NCBI RefSeq assembly: GCF_013167455.1
Contig: NZ_CP038328.1
Source of the DNA: Escherichia coli O157:H7
GTDB taxonomy: Bacteria > Pseudomonadota > Gammaproteobacteria > Enterobacterales > Enterobacteriaceae
DNA length: 64,000 nt
Reading direction: 5' to 3' (one strand)
Position numbers and translations under genes: made by a program. The number at the start of each line of letters is the position of its first letter. The first letter of the stretch is position 1. Below the pieces are notes generated by a model that was given only the letters and a program-made list of their open reading frames with translations, was not told where the DNA came from and did no database searches. Below, piece after piece: positions 10,793 to 21,026 of this stretch.

Positions 10793-11671
10793 TTACACCA
10801 AATTTACAGAGAAGATTTCCTCGAGCATTGCCCCCGCCAGACGCTGCGCTGAACAGAGTCGTGGCATCCCCAGCGCGACAGTTTGCCAGCGTTGGGTCAC
10901 TGACCAGCAAACGGGTTGTTTATCTGCCGTGGTCCACTTTCCCAGCCAACTTAAAAAATCAGCATGATCCCCGCCCGTCGGAACGGTCGAAGAGGCAAAC
11001 CACTGATGGTAATAGTGACGCGTGGTCGGGGCCGCATTGATACTCTCTGCCAGATGTTGTGTCGCTTTCACGCGCAAATCACCCAGCAACAACGCCACCG
11101 CTTGCGGGCTTCCCAGACGACAGGCATCGCCAAATGCCCCCCAACGCAACTCTTCGAGAACGATAAAACAGCGCCCAGGCAACGACCAGGCGTTATACGC
11201 CCCAGCACGCCAGCGGGTAAAAATTTGCTCGCTCTGTTCACCCGCCTGCACCAGTAGGCCTCGTTGCGTTAACGCCTTTTCCTTCCAGCGACAACGGGCT
11301 GAAAACCACTCATACAAGGCGGCAATTTGCTGGGGGAGCTCCGGGAAAGCAGAGTGCTGGCGGTGATCCATTTTTTGCAGCAGCGCCAGATGCTGCGCGA
11401 TCTGCGTCAGTGCCAGATGACCGGGATCCAGCATCGACGCCAGTTTTTCCACCAATGTCAGACGCAGACTAAGCGGCGCATTTAACATCCCGCCGTTCGT
11501 CCATGTCTGAAGCTGCACGCGCGCAAGAAGTTCCTGCATCAGTCGTTCACGAAACTGCTGCTGATGGGCTTGTGGAAGGCGGGCATCATCGCCCTGCGCC
11601 AGATCCACTAAAAAGCGGGGATAAACCGACTCCAGCACGCGACCGGGGCCGTCCAGTAACGTCTTGGTCAA
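10793..11671 (-). CDS. yjcZ: Conserved protein of unknown function YjcZ
   Basis: 292-aa ORF whose start overlaps the crfC stop by 4 nt; position matches K-12 yjcZ. Confidence 0.8.
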   Translation of the reverse strand: MTKTLLDGPGRVLESVYPRFLVDLAQGDDARLPQAHQQQFRERLMQELLARVQLQTWTNGGMLNAPLSLRLTLVEKLASMLDPGHLALTQIAQHLALLQKMDHRQHSAFPELPQQIAALYEWFSARCRWKEKALTQRGLLVQAGEQSEQIFTRWRAGAYNAWSLPGRCFIVLEELRWGAFGDACRLGSPQAVALLLGDLRVKATQHLAESINAAPTTRHYYHQWFASSTVPTGGDHADFLSWLGKWTTADKQPVCWSVTQRWQTVALGMPRLCSAQRLAGAMLEEIFSVNLV

Positions 11672-13896
11672 TATCGTTCTGCCGTGAAAAGTGTTTGAAT
11701 ATCATCGCGTAACAGCTGAGCGTCGGTGTAAATCCAGCCGTGAGTCATCACAGTCTGCTGCAATTGCTGTTGCATCAGCCTGACCACCGATTCATTTTGT
11801 TGACGCAGAGCCAGACTTTCGCGTAAACGCGTCTGTAATTCCGTCAAACATGAAGCGAACTCAGCGAAAAAAGTATTCATGCCTGCCGTAACAGATTCAT
11901 CGACCTGCTCTGCCAGAACTTTAGCCATTTGTTGGCAATAAAGATCGACTTCTGCGCTTAATGCTCGTTGCAACACACTGTAATCAACCGTTTCTGTCGG
12001 GGATTTCTCATTTCCCCGTCCCCAGTCAGGCTGATTCAACCAGCGCGAAAAAGTCTCACGCACAACGCCTAATCGCGTGCTCTGCTCGTCCGTTGCTTCC
12101 TGGCGCGAAATGACTTCACTGAACAGCTGGCGAGTGTTGAAGTGGGGAACTACGCCGTGAAAAACAGGAAAATGAAACCCAGGACGAAACCCTGACTCGC
12201 TCAATTCCATTTTGACTTGTTGCTCAATGGGGCGAATAACATCGGTTAACACCCGGCAAAGGGTGGATTCAAGCTCGGCAAAACGCAGCGTAAAGTCGCG
12301 ACTGATGGTGTTCTGCGCCGTCTGTAACAGTGTCTCACAGCGGGTACGAATCTCGCTTAACGGCTCCGAATCATCCTGAAACAAGGCGGCTAACTGCACC
12401 TTCAGCGCATCTTGCTGTTGACGCAGAAAGTGGTTGGCGGAGGTCAGGGCCAGCTCGATTTCATGTTTAATCTCGCCGCTCACCTGCGCCTGATTGAGTT
12501 GCAATAGCTGCAAACTTTCTTCGATCTGGTGGATATTTTGCCGCAATTGTTCACAAGCGACGTTTAACCCGTGCGCACGAAAATCCAGGTATTCCCGCGC
12601 CTGCTGCGCGTAATTCAACAGTTTATGCGCGGCAGATCGCAGAGCATACAACGAGGCGTTAGCGTAAGCGGCATGAAGCAACATCTGAATTGGCTGGGCG
12701 AACAGCGAATCTTCCCACAACTGATCGGCAGCATGACGAATATGTTCGAGGTCCGCCAGATCGGCATGACGCCAGCGCCTGCCGAGCGCGGCATGGGCAA
12801 AATCTTCCACCCAGCGTTGTTGCTCTGGCGGTGGTAACTTACCGTTGTTGGCTAACTCATGGCGCGCCCGATTTGCCAGGTAGCCCCACATCGACGACAC
12901 CGGAAATATCTGCTGTGGCGTAATACAGCCTTTCATCAGCGTCCCGGAAATCAGTGCCCGCACCTGGTCGGCGTCGTCACTGTTACGATCCTGTTGATCG
13001 AACTTATTGACCAGCACATACAGTGGCACCGATTGCCCCACCGCCAAAATCGCCTCACGGACCTCTTCATCGGAGATCGATTTCAGTTGCGTATAATCCA
13101 GCACCGCCAGTACCGCCGAGGCGCGTGCCAGCTGCTGGTTAAGCATTTTTTGCAGATGCGGTTGCCCGGCTTCATTTGGCCCGGGGGTATCCAGTAACGT
13201 CAATTGACCGGGATAACTTTCCAGCCCCGCCAGATGGACAAACTCCACTTCAATCACGGGAATATGCTCAATGGCGGCGTAAGCAGAAAAAGGAAAATCG
13301 ACGTCCAGCGCCTTCGCCAGTCGCACCAAATCATTCAAACTTTTCAGACAATGAAAAATAGGCTGGGCACCCAGATAATATTTTTCGAAAGCGACGCCAT
13401 TTTCGATCCGCTGCATAAGCGCACGCATATCTTTATCTATTTCCAGCACATCGGTCAGATGCTTAATATCGCAATCACGCAGGCGCTGTTGTAATTTTTG
13501 AATTAAACAATCGATTGGCGCGACATGTGAAAAATGCAGTACCGGTTCCTTTTGGCCGGGCGTATGGCGAATAAGCGTCGGCAGCGCAGTCATTGGGCGA
13601 TTGCGATTAGGCAGTACCTCCGTACCAACAATGGCATTAATGGTGGTTGATTTCCCTGCTTTCATGGTACCGACAATCGCCAGCACCATTTCCAGTCGGG
13701 AAATTTTACGCAACTCATTATTCAGCATCGCGTGACGCTCGGCGATATTAGGCTGACTCCAGGGTAAAGCCAGTTGTGGCGCATCGTCTCCGGGTACAGA
13801 GAGAGGCATTTTTTCCAGTAACTGCAACTGTTGGCGAGAAAGCTGTAACAGCCGTTCAGCCTCCTGACTTAACTCATACAGGGTCTGTGTGTACAT
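11668..13896 (-). CDS. crfC: Dynamin-like GTPase CrfC (YjdA)
   Basis: 742-aa ORF with an N-terminal P-loop (GTMKAGKSTTINAIVG) and long coiled-coil regions. Confidence 0.88.
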   Translation of the reverse strand: MYTQTLYELSQEAERLLQLSRQQLQLLEKMPLSVPGDDAPQLALPWSQPNIAERHAMLNNELRKISRLEMVLAIVGTMKAGKSTTINAIVGTEVLPNRNRPMTALPTLIRHTPGQKEPVLHFSHVAPIDCLIQKLQQRLRDCDIKHLTDVLEIDKDMRALMQRIENGVAFEKYYLGAQPIFHCLKSLNDLVRLAKALDVDFPFSAYAAIEHIPVIEVEFVHLAGLESYPGQLTLLDTPGPNEAGQPHLQKMLNQQLARASAVLAVLDYTQLKSISDEEVREAILAVGQSVPLYVLVNKFDQQDRNSDDADQVRALISGTLMKGCITPQQIFPVSSMWGYLANRARHELANNGKLPPPEQQRWVEDFAHAALGRRWRHADLADLEHIRHAADQLWEDSLFAQPIQMLLHAAYANASLYALRSAAHKLLNYAQQAREYLDFRAHGLNVACEQLRQNIHQIEESLQLLQLNQAQVSGEIKHEIELALTSANHFLRQQQDALKVQLAALFQDDSEPLSEIRTRCETLLQTAQNTISRDFTLRFAELESTLCRVLTDVIRPIEQQVKMELSESGFRPGFHFPVFHGVVPHFNTRQLFSEVISRQEATDEQSTRLGVVRETFSRWLNQPDWGRGNEKSPTETVDYSVLQRALSAEVDLYCQQMAKVLAEQVDESVTAGMNTFFAEFASCLTELQTRLRESLALRQQNESVVRLMQQQLQQTVMTHGWIYTDAQLLRDDIQTLFTAERY

Positions 13897-14297
13897 AGAA
13901 AATTCTTCCTTAAAGCAAATTTTATTACTTTTATTTAGCCAGATTGTTTTTGAGTTCTGTTTTCGGCTTTTATAATTACTGCAAGAAATAATTTTATATT
14001 TAGAGTGTTGTTTTTTATTAGAATAAATAACATCTTCCGATACGTTTAAAACGTCAGAAAGATAAAAATATCATGTGAATAAAAAAAAGAACAAGTAGAG
14101 CATTAACCTTATCTTAAATAATAAATGGAGGCAAAAAGATTATTTTCTTTTTGCGTTTCCTTTCAAATGAAAACGATCGTCGTCTAAAATCAGCAGTACC
14201 CCCGACAAACTCAGGGATTTTGTGTATAATTGCGGCCTTTTTCGGCAATCTGCCGTTTTTTGGCGCTTTTGCCCTGCTGACTTTTGAGGAAATCCAC

Positions 14298-14633
14298 ATG
14301 TCATTACCACACTGCCCAAAATGCAACTCCGAATACACTTACGAAGATAACGGCATGTACATCTGCCCGGAATGTGCCTACGAATGGAACGACGCAGAAC
14401 CTGCACAGGAAAGCGACGAGCTGATCGTTAAAGATGCTAACGGCAATCTGCTGGCTGACGGCGACAGCGTTACCATCATTAAAGATCTGAAGGTGAAAGG
14501 TAGCTCTTCGATGCTGAAAATTGGCACCAAAGTGAAAAACATCCGCCTGGTTGAAGGCGACCATAACATCGATTGCAAAATCGACGGTTTTGGTCCGATG
14601 AAACTGAAATCTGAGTTTGTGAAAAAGAACTGA
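14298..14633 (+). CDS. phnA: PhnA zinc-ribbon protein (YjdC/PhnA family)
   Basis: 111 aa starting [30 protein letters not shown], with two CxxC pairs. The track ORF from 14151 is an upstream extension. Confidence 0.88.
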
Positions 14634-14649
14634 TTGTATTGTGATCGGT

Positions 14650-14828
<179 letters not shown>

Positions 14829-14891
14829 CCCTCTCATCTGTATAAATTTCGAACTACACTTAACTGGCTTCTCTTAACTGAGGTCACCATC

Positions 14892-15335
14892 ATGCCGTTA
14901 AGTCCCTACCTCTCTTTTGCCGGTAACTGCTCCGACGCGATTGCCTATTATCAACGTACGTTGGGCGCTGAACTGCTCTATAAAATCAGCTTCGGCGAAA
15001 TGCCAAAATCAGCGCAGGACAGCGCCGAGAACTGCCCTTCCGGAATGCAATTTCCCGATACCGCCATCGCCCACGCCAATGTGCGCATTGCCGGAAGCGA
15101 TATCATGATGAGCGATGCTATACCGTCAGGAAAAGCCAGCTACTCCGGTTTTACGCTGGTGCTCGATTCGCAACAGGTCGAAGAAGGAAAACGCTGGTTT
15201 GATAACCTTGCCGCTAACGGAAAAATCGAAATGGCCTGGCAGGAAACTTTCTGGGCGCATGGCTTTGGCAAAGTCACCGATAAATTTGGCGTACCGTGGA
15301 TGATTAATGTCGTCAAACAACAACCAACGCAATAA
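14892..15335 (+). CDS. phnB: PhnB (glyoxalase/bleomycin-resistance fold protein)
   Basis: 147 aa starting MPLSPYLSFAGNCSDAIAYYQ. Confidence 0.88.
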   Translation: MPLSPYLSFAGNCSDAIAYYQRTLGAELLYKISFGEMPKSAQDSAENCPSGMQFPDTAIAHANVRIAGSDIMMSDAIPSGKASYSGFTLVLDSQQVEEGKRWFDNLAANGKIEMAWQETFWAHGFGKVTDKFGVPWMINVVKQQPTQ

Positions 15336-15390
15336 TCCGCCGGGAGGCCCGCCCTCCCGCACTGTCATCGAATTCCCGTTAACTCTTCAT

Positions 15391-15428
15391 CTGTTAGTCA
15401 CTTTTAATTAACCAAATCGTCACAATAA
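15391..15428 (+). promoter_or_regulatory. Pho box region (PhoB binding) of the phnC promoter
   Basis: ctgttagtcacttttaattaaccaaatcgtcacaataa contains CTGT(C/T)A-like repeats at about 11-bp phasing, 40-75 bp upstream of phnC. A further ctgtcat lies at 15362. Confidence 0.55.
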
Positions 15429-15467
15429 TCCGCCACGATGGAGCCACTTTTTTAGGGAGGCTGCATC

Positions 15468-16256
15468 ATGCAAACGATTATCTGCGTCGAACAACTGAGC
15501 AAAACCTTCAACCAGCATCAGGCGCTGCACGCGGTTGATCTGAATATCCATCATGGTGAAATGGTGGCTCTGCTTGGGCCGTCCGGTTCCGGCAAATCCA
15601 CCCTTTTACGTCACTTAAGCGGTTTGATTACCGGCGATAAATCCGCCGGTAGCCATATCGAGCTGCTGGGCCGCACTGTCCAGCGCGAAGGCCGCCTGGC
15701 CCGCGATATCCGCAAAAGCCGCGCCAACACCGGCTACATCTTCCAACAATTCAACCTGGTGAATCGCCTGAGCGTACTGGAGAACGTGCTGATTGGCGCG
15801 CTCGGCAGCACGCCGTTCTGGCGCACCTGTTTTAGTTGGTTCACCCGCGAGCAGAAACAGCGCGCATTACAGGCGCTGACCCGCGTCGGTATGGCGCACT
15901 TTGCGTATCAGCGTGTTTCCACGCTCTCCGGCGGCCAGCAGCAGCGTGTGGCGATTGCCCGCGCGCTGATGCAGCAGGCGAAAGTGATTCTCGCTGACGA
16001 ACCGATCGCCTCGCTGGACCCGGAATCGGCGCGCATCGTGATGGACACCCTGCGCGACATCAACCAGAACGACGGCATCACCGTGGTCGTCACGCTGCAT
16101 CAGGTGGATTACGCCCTGCGCTACTGCGAACGCATCGTCGCCCTGCGCCAGGGGCACGTCTTCTACGACGGCAGCAGCCAACAGTTTGATAACGAACGTT
16201 TTGACCATCTCTACCGCAGCATCAACCGCGTCGAAGAGAACGCGAAAGCTGCCTGA
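15468..16256 (+). CDS. phnC: Phosphonate ABC transporter ATP-binding protein
   Basis: 262 aa with Walker A (GPSGSGKST) and an ABC signature. Confidence 0.93.
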   Translation: MQTIICVEQLSKTFNQHQALHAVDLNIHHGEMVALLGPSGSGKSTLLRHLSGLITGDKSAGSHIELLGRTVQREGRLARDIRKSRANTGYIFQQFNLVNRLSVLENVLIGALGSTPFWRTCFSWFTREQKQRALQALTRVGMAHFAYQRVSTLSGGQQQRVAIARALMQQAKVILADEPIASLDPESARIVMDTLRDINQNDGITVVVTLHQVDYALRYCERIVALRQGHVFYDGSSQQFDNERFDHLYRSINRVEENAKAA

Positions 16257-16280
16257 CATCCCCATCATTGAGGAAAACGA

Positions 16281-17297
16281 ATGAACGCTAAGATAATTGC
16301 CTCGCTGGCCTTCACCAGCATGTTCAGCCTCAGCACCCTGTTAAGCCCGGCACACGCCGAAGAGCAGGAAAAGGCGCTGAATTTCGGCATTATTTCAACG
16401 GAATCACAGCAAAACCTGAAACCGCAATGGACGCCGTTTTTACAGGATATGGAGAAGAAGCTGGGCGTGAAGGTCAACGCCTTCTTTGCCCCGGACTATG
16501 CGGGCATTATCCAGGGAATGCGTTTCAACAAAGTGGATATCGCCTGGTACGGCAACCTGTCGGCGATGGAAGCAGTGGATCGCGCCAACGGCCAAGTCTT
16601 CGCTCAGACCGTCGCGGCGGATGGATCGCCGGGTTACTGGAGCGTGTTGATCGTCAACAAAGACAGCCCGATCAACAACCTGAACGATCTGCTGGCGAAG
16701 CGGAAAGATCTCACCTTCGGTAATGGCGATCCTAACTCCACCTCTGGCTTCCTCGTCCCCGGCTACTACGTCTTCTCCAAAAACAATATCTCCGCCAGTG
16801 ACTTCAAGCGCACCGTCAACGCCGGGCATGAAACCAACGCGCTGGCCGTCGCCAACAAGCAGGTGGATGTGGCGACCAACAACACCGAAAACCTCGACAA
16901 GCTGAAAACCTCCGCGCCGGAGAAGCTGAAAGAACTGAAAGTGATCTGGAAGTCACCGCTGATCCCAGGCGATCCGATCGTCTGGCGTAAAAACCTTTCC
17001 GAAACCACCAAAGACAAGATCTACGACTTCTTTATGAATTACGGCAAGACGCCGGAAGAGAAAGCGGTGCTGGAACGCCTGGGCTGGGCGCCGTTCCGCG
17101 CCTCCAGCGACCTGCAACTGGTGCCGATTCGCCAGCTCGCACTGTTTAAAGAGATGCAAAGCGTGAAAGGCAATAAAGGGCTGAATGAGCAGGACAAGCT
17201 GGCAAAAACCACCGAGATTCAAGCGCAGCTGGATGACCTGGACCGCCTGAACAACGCGTTAAGCGCGATGAGTTCGGTAAGTAAAGCGATGCAGTAA
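16281..17297 (+). CDS. phnD: Phosphonate ABC transporter periplasmic binding protein
   Basis: 338 aa with a signal peptide (MNAKIIASLAFTSMFSLSTLLSPAHA). Confidence 0.93.
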   Translation: MNAKIIASLAFTSMFSLSTLLSPAHAEEQEKALNFGIISTESQQNLKPQWTPFLQDMEKKLGVKVNAFFAPDYAGIIQGMRFNKVDIAWYGNLSAMEAVDRANGQVFAQTVAADGSPGYWSVLIVNKDSPINNLNDLLAKRKDLTFGNGDPNSTSGFLVPGYYVFSKNNISASDFKRTVNAGHETNALAVANKQVDVATNNTENLDKLKTSAPEKLKELKVIWKSPLIPGDPIVWRKNLSETTKDKIYDFFMNYGKTPEEKAVLERLGWAPFRASSDLQLVPIRQLALFKEMQSVKGNKGLNEQDKLAKTTEIQAQLDDLDRLNNALSAMSSVSKAMQ

Positions 17298-17298
17298 A

Positions 17299-17390
17299 TC
17301 GTAGGTCGGATAAGACGCCCCGGTGTCGCATCCGACAATGTGCAGGCGTTGATGCCGGATGCGGTGCAAGCACCTTATCCGGCCTACAGA
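17299..17390. repeat. REP element between phnD and phnE
   Basis: ggtcggataagacg...gcgtcgcatccgaca / gccggatgcgg...ccttatccggcctaca palindromic units. Confidence 0.8.
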
Positions 17391-17402
17391 CCGGAGCCAA
17401 AC

Positions 17403-18182
17403 ATGCAAACCATCACCATCGCCCCACCCAAGCGCAGCTGGTTCTCGCTTCTGAGCTGGGCCGTTGTACTCGCCGTGTTGGTCGTCTCGTGGCAGGGCGC
17501 GGAAATGGCCCCGCTCACGCTGATCAAAGACGGCGGCAACATGGCGACCTTCGCCGCCGACTTCTTCCCGCCCGATTTCAGCCAGTGGCAGGATTACCTC
17601 ACCGAAATGCTCGTCACGCTGCAAATCGCCGTCTGGGGCACCGCGCTGGCGGTGGTTCTCTCCATCCCCTTCGGCCTGATGAGCGCCGAAAACCTGGTGC
17701 CGTGGTGGGTTTACCAGCCCGTGCGCCGCCTGATGGACGCCTGCCGCGCCATTAACGAAATGGTCTTCGCCATGCTGTTCGTGGTCGCCGTCGGCCTCGG
17801 CCCATTCGCTGGTGTGCTGGCGCTGTTTATCCACACCACCGGTGTGCTCTCCAAACTGCTTTCCGAAGCGGTGGAAGCGATTGAACCCGGCCCGGTGGAA
17901 GGCATTCGCGCCACCGGCGCCAACAAGCTCGAAGAGATCCTCTACGGCGTGCTGCCGCAGGTGATGCCGCTGCTGATCTCCTACTCCCTCTATCGCTTCG
18001 AATCCAACGTCCGCTCGGCGACCGTCGTCGGCATGGTCGGCGCGGGCGGGATCGGCGTCACGCTGTGGGAAGCGATTCGCGGTTTCCAGTTCCAGCAAAC
18101 CTGCGCCCTGATGGTGCTGATTATCGTCACGGTCAGCCTGCTGGATTTCCTCTCTCAACGGTTGCGTAAGCACTTTATCTGA
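17403..18182 (+). CDS. phnE: Phosphonate ABC transporter permease; reading frame is intact
   Basis: Uninterrupted ORF beginning [12 protein letters not shown]. Upstream in-frame ATGs at 17340 and 17352 lie inside the REP element, so the true start is uncertain. Confidence 0.85.
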   Translation: MQTITIAPPKRSWFSLLSWAVVLAVLVVSWQGAEMAPLTLIKDGGNMATFAADFFPPDFSQWQDYLTEMLVTLQIAVWGTALAVVLSIPFGLMSAENLVPWWVYQPVRRLMDACRAINEMVFAMLFVVAVGLGPFAGVLALFIHTTGVLSKLLSEAVEAIEPGPVEGIRATGANKLEEILYGVLPQVMPLLISYSLYRFESNVRSATVVGMVGAGGIGVTLWEAIRGFQFQQTCALMVLIIVTVSLLDFLSQRLRKHFI

Positions 18183-18202
18183 TTAGCGAGGCATTGATAG
18201 CT

Positions 18203-18928
18203 ATGCACTTGTCTACACATCCGACCAGCTACCCAACACGCTATCAGGAGATAGCCGCAAAACTTGAGCAGGAGCTTCGTCAACACTACCGCTGCGGCGA
18301 CTATCTTCCCGCCGAGCAGCAGCTGGCGGCGCGCTTTGAGGTAAATCGCCACACCCTGCGCCGCGCCATCGACCAACTGGTGGAAAAAGGCTGGGTACAG
18401 CGCCGTCAGGGCGTCGGCGTGCTGGTGCTGATGCGCCCGTTCGATTACCCGCTCAACGCCCAGGCGCGTTTTAGCCAGAATCTGCTGGATCAGGGCAGCC
18501 ATCCCACCAGCGAAAAACTGCTGTCTGTGCTGCGCCCGGCCTCCGGTCACGTCGCTGACGCGCTGGGGATAACCGAGGGGGAGAACGTCATCCATCTGCG
18601 CACCCTGCGCCGGGTCAACGGCATCGCGCTCTGTTTAATCGACCACTACTTCGCGGACCTCACCCTCTGGCCGACGCTGCAACGCTTCGACAGCGGCTCG
18701 CTGCACGATTTTCTGCGCGAGCAAACGGGGATTGCACTGCGCCGCAGCCAGACGCGGATCAGCGCCCGCCGCGCCCAGGCCAAAGAGTGCCAGCGTCTTG
18801 AAATTCCGAATATGTCCCCGCTGCTGTGCGTGCGCACCCTTAACCACCGTGACGGTGAAAGCAGCCCGGCGGAGTACTCCGTCAGCCTGACGCGCGCCGA
18901 CATGATTGAATTCACTATGGAGCACTGA
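18203..18928 (+). CDS. phnF: GntR-family transcriptional regulator of the phn operon
   Basis: 241 aa with an N-terminal GntR HTH and a UTRA-like C-terminal domain. Confidence 0.9.
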   Translation: MHLSTHPTSYPTRYQEIAAKLEQELRQHYRCGDYLPAEQQLAARFEVNRHTLRRAIDQLVEKGWVQRRQGVGVLVLMRPFDYPLNAQARFSQNLLDQGSHPTSEKLLSVLRPASGHVADALGITEGENVIHLRTLRRVNGIALCLIDHYFADLTLWPTLQRFDSGSLHDFLREQTGIALRRSQTRISARRAQAKECQRLEIPNMSPLLCVRTLNHRDGESSPAEYSVSLTRADMIEFTMEH

Positions 18929-19381
18929 ATGCACGCAGATACCGCGACCCGCCAGCACTGGATGTCCGTACTGGCACACAGCCAACCGGCAGAACTGGCA
19001 GCCCGCCTGAACGCGCTGAACATCACCGCCAACTATGAGGTGATCCGCGCCGCTGAAACTGGCCTGGTACAGATTCAGGCGCGGATGGGCGGCACCGGCG
19101 AACGCTTTTTTGCCGGCGACGCCACGCTGACCCGCGCCGCCGTACGTCTGACTGACGGCACCCTCGGCTACAGCTGGGTGCTGGGGCGCGACAAACAGCA
19201 CGCCGAACGCTGCGCGCTGATTGACGCGCTGATGCAGCAAACCCGCCATTTTCAAAACTTATCAGAAACGCTTATTGCCCCGCTGGACGCTGACCGTATG
19301 GCACGCATTGCCGCACGCCAGGCCGAAGTGAACGCCAGCCGGGTCGACTTCTTTACGATGGTTCGCGGAGACAACGCATGA
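18929..19381 (+). CDS. phnG: C-P lyase complex subunit PhnG
   Basis: 150 aa; order and length fit phnG; stop overlaps the phnH start. Confidence 0.9.
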   Translation: MHADTATRQHWMSVLAHSQPAELAARLNALNITANYEVIRAAETGLVQIQARMGGTGERFFAGDATLTRAAVRLTDGTLGYSWVLGRDKQHAERCALIDALMQQTRHFQNLSETLIAPLDADRMARIAARQAEVNASRVDFFTMVRGDNA

Positions 19382-19962
19382 CCCTGGAAACCGCTTTTAT
19401 GCTTCCCGTGCAGGATGCCCAGCACAGTTTTCGTCGCCTGTTAAAGGCCATGAGCGAGCCGGGCGTGATTGTCGCCCTGCATCAGCTCAAACGCGGCTGG
19501 CAGCCGCTGAATATCGCCACCACCAGCGTGCTGCTGACGCTGGCCGATAACGACACGCCGGTGTGGCTTGCCGCGCCATTGAGCAACGATATCGTCAGCC
19601 AGAGCCTGCGTTTTCATACCAACGCGCCGCTGGTCAGCCAGCCGGAACAGGCGACCTTCGCGGTAACGGATGAGGCGATTTCCAGCGAACAGCTTAACGC
19701 CCTTTCCACCGGCACCGCCGTTGCGCCGGAAGCGGGCGCAACGCTGATTTTACAGGTCGCCAGCCTGAGCGGCGGGCGCATGCTGCGTCTCACCGGCGCG
19801 GGTATTGCCGAAGAACGAATGATCGCCCCGCAGCTGCCGAAGTGCATTCTGCACGAACTCACCGAGCGCCCGCACCCGTTCCCGCTCGGCATCGACCTGA
19901 TCCTGACCTGCGGCGAGCGCCTGCTGGCTGTTCCGCGAACCACTCATGTGGAGGTGTGCTGA
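19378..19962 (+). CDS. phnH: C-P lyase complex subunit PhnH
   Basis: 194 aa; stop overlaps the phnI start (ATGA). Confidence 0.9.
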   Translation: MTLETAFMLPVQDAQHSFRRLLKAMSEPGVIVALHQLKRGWQPLNIATTSVLLTLADNDTPVWLAAPLSNDIVSQSLRFHTNAPLVSQPEQATFAVTDEAISSEQLNALSTGTAVAPEAGATLILQVASLSGGRMLRLTGAGIAEERMIAPQLPKCILHELTERPHPFPLGIDLILTCGERLLAVPRTTHVEVC

Positions 19963-21026
19963 TGTACGTTGCCGTGAAAGGGGGCGAGAAGGCGATCGAC
20001 GCCGCCCACGCCCTGCAAGAGAGCCGACGCCGGGGCGATACCGATTTGCCTGAACTGAGCGTCGCCCAGATTGAACAGCAGCTTAATCTTGCGGTGGATC
20101 GCGTGATGACCGAAGGCGGCATTGCCGACCGCGAGCTGGCGGCGCTGGCGCTGAAACAGGCCAGCGGCGATAACGTCGAAGCAATTTTCCTGCTGCGCGC
20201 CTACCGCACCACGCTGGCGAAGCTCGCGGTAAGCGAGCCGCTCGACACCACGGAGATGCGTCTCGAACGGCGTATTTCAGCGGTTTATAAAGATATTCCC
20301 GGCGGCCAGCTGCTTGGCCCAACCTACGACTACACCCATCGCCTGCTCGATTTCACCCTGCTGGCAAACGGCGAAGCGCCGACGCTGACCACCGCCGACA
20401 GCGAACAGCAGCCGTCGCCGCACGTTTTCAGCCTGCTGGCGCGTCAGGGGCTGGCGAAGTTTGAAGAGGATAGCGGCGCACAGCCGGATGACATCACCCG
20501 CACGCCACCGGTTTACCCCTGCTCACGTTCTTCCCGCCTGCAACAGCTCATGCGCGGCGACGAAGGCTATTTGCTGGCGCTGGCCTACTCCACCCAACGC
20601 GGTTACGGGCGCAATCACCCGTTCGCGGGTGAAATCCGCAGTGGTTACATCGACGTGTCGATTGTGCCCGAAGAGCTGGGATTTGCGGTGAACGTCGGCG
20701 AACTGCTGATGACTGAGTGTGAAATGGTCAACGGTTTTATCGACCCACCGGATGAATCTCCGCACTTCACGCGCGGCTACGGGCTGGTGTTCGGCATGAG
20801 CGAGCGCAAAGCGATGGCGATGGCGCTGGTCGACCGCGCTCTGCAAGCCCCGGAGTACGGCGAGCACGCGACAGGCCCGGCGCAGGATGAAGAGTTCGTG
20901 CTGGCACATGCCGACAACGTCGAAGCCGCAGGCTTTGTCTCGCACCTCAAACTCCCGCACTACGTCGATTTCCAGGCCGAACTGGAGCTACTCAAACGTC
21001 TGCAACAGGAGCAGAACCATGGCTAA
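19962..21026 (+). CDS. phnI: C-P lyase complex subunit PhnI (nucleosidase-like)
   Basis: 354 aa starting [12 protein letters not shown]. The track ORF from 19842 is an extension overlapping phnH. Confidence 0.9.
   Translation: MYVAVKGGEKAIDAAHALQESRRRGDTDLPELSVAQIEQQLNLAVDRVMTEGGIADRELAALALKQASGDNVEAIFLLRAYRTTLAKLAVSEPLDTTEMRLERRISAVYKDIPGGQLLGPTYDYTHRLLDFTLLANGEAPTLTTADSEQQPSPHVFSLLARQGLAKFEEDSGAQPDDITRTPPVYPCSRSSRLQQLMRGDEGYLLALAYSTQRGYGRNHPFAGEIRSGYIDVSIVPEELGFAVNVGELLMTECEMVNGFIDPPDESPHFTRGYGLVFGMSERKAMAMALVDRALQAPEYGEHATGPAQDEEFVLAHADNVEAAGFVSHLKLPHYVDFQAELELLKRLQQEQNHG

Noticed and set aside
14151..14633. 160-aa extended version of phnA starting at 14151
   Set aside because: The N-terminal extension is low-complexity and lies in the AT-rich promoter region. 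The conserved zinc-ribbon protein starts at ATG 14298.
17340..17402. Upstream in-frame ATG starts for phnE at 17340 and 17352
   Set aside because: Both fall inside the REP palindrome between phnD and phnE, so the ATG at 17403 directly after the REP is preferred. This remains uncertain.
17259..18173. 304-aa minus-strand ORF overlapping phnE; similar long antisense ORFs at 23230-24513 (phnM), 55575-56660 (acs) and 62254-63132 / 62840-63736 (ghxP)
   Set aside because: Each lies wholly within a confidently identified gene on the other strand and is low-complexity (Arg/His/Gly/Ala-rich), as expected for antisense frames.
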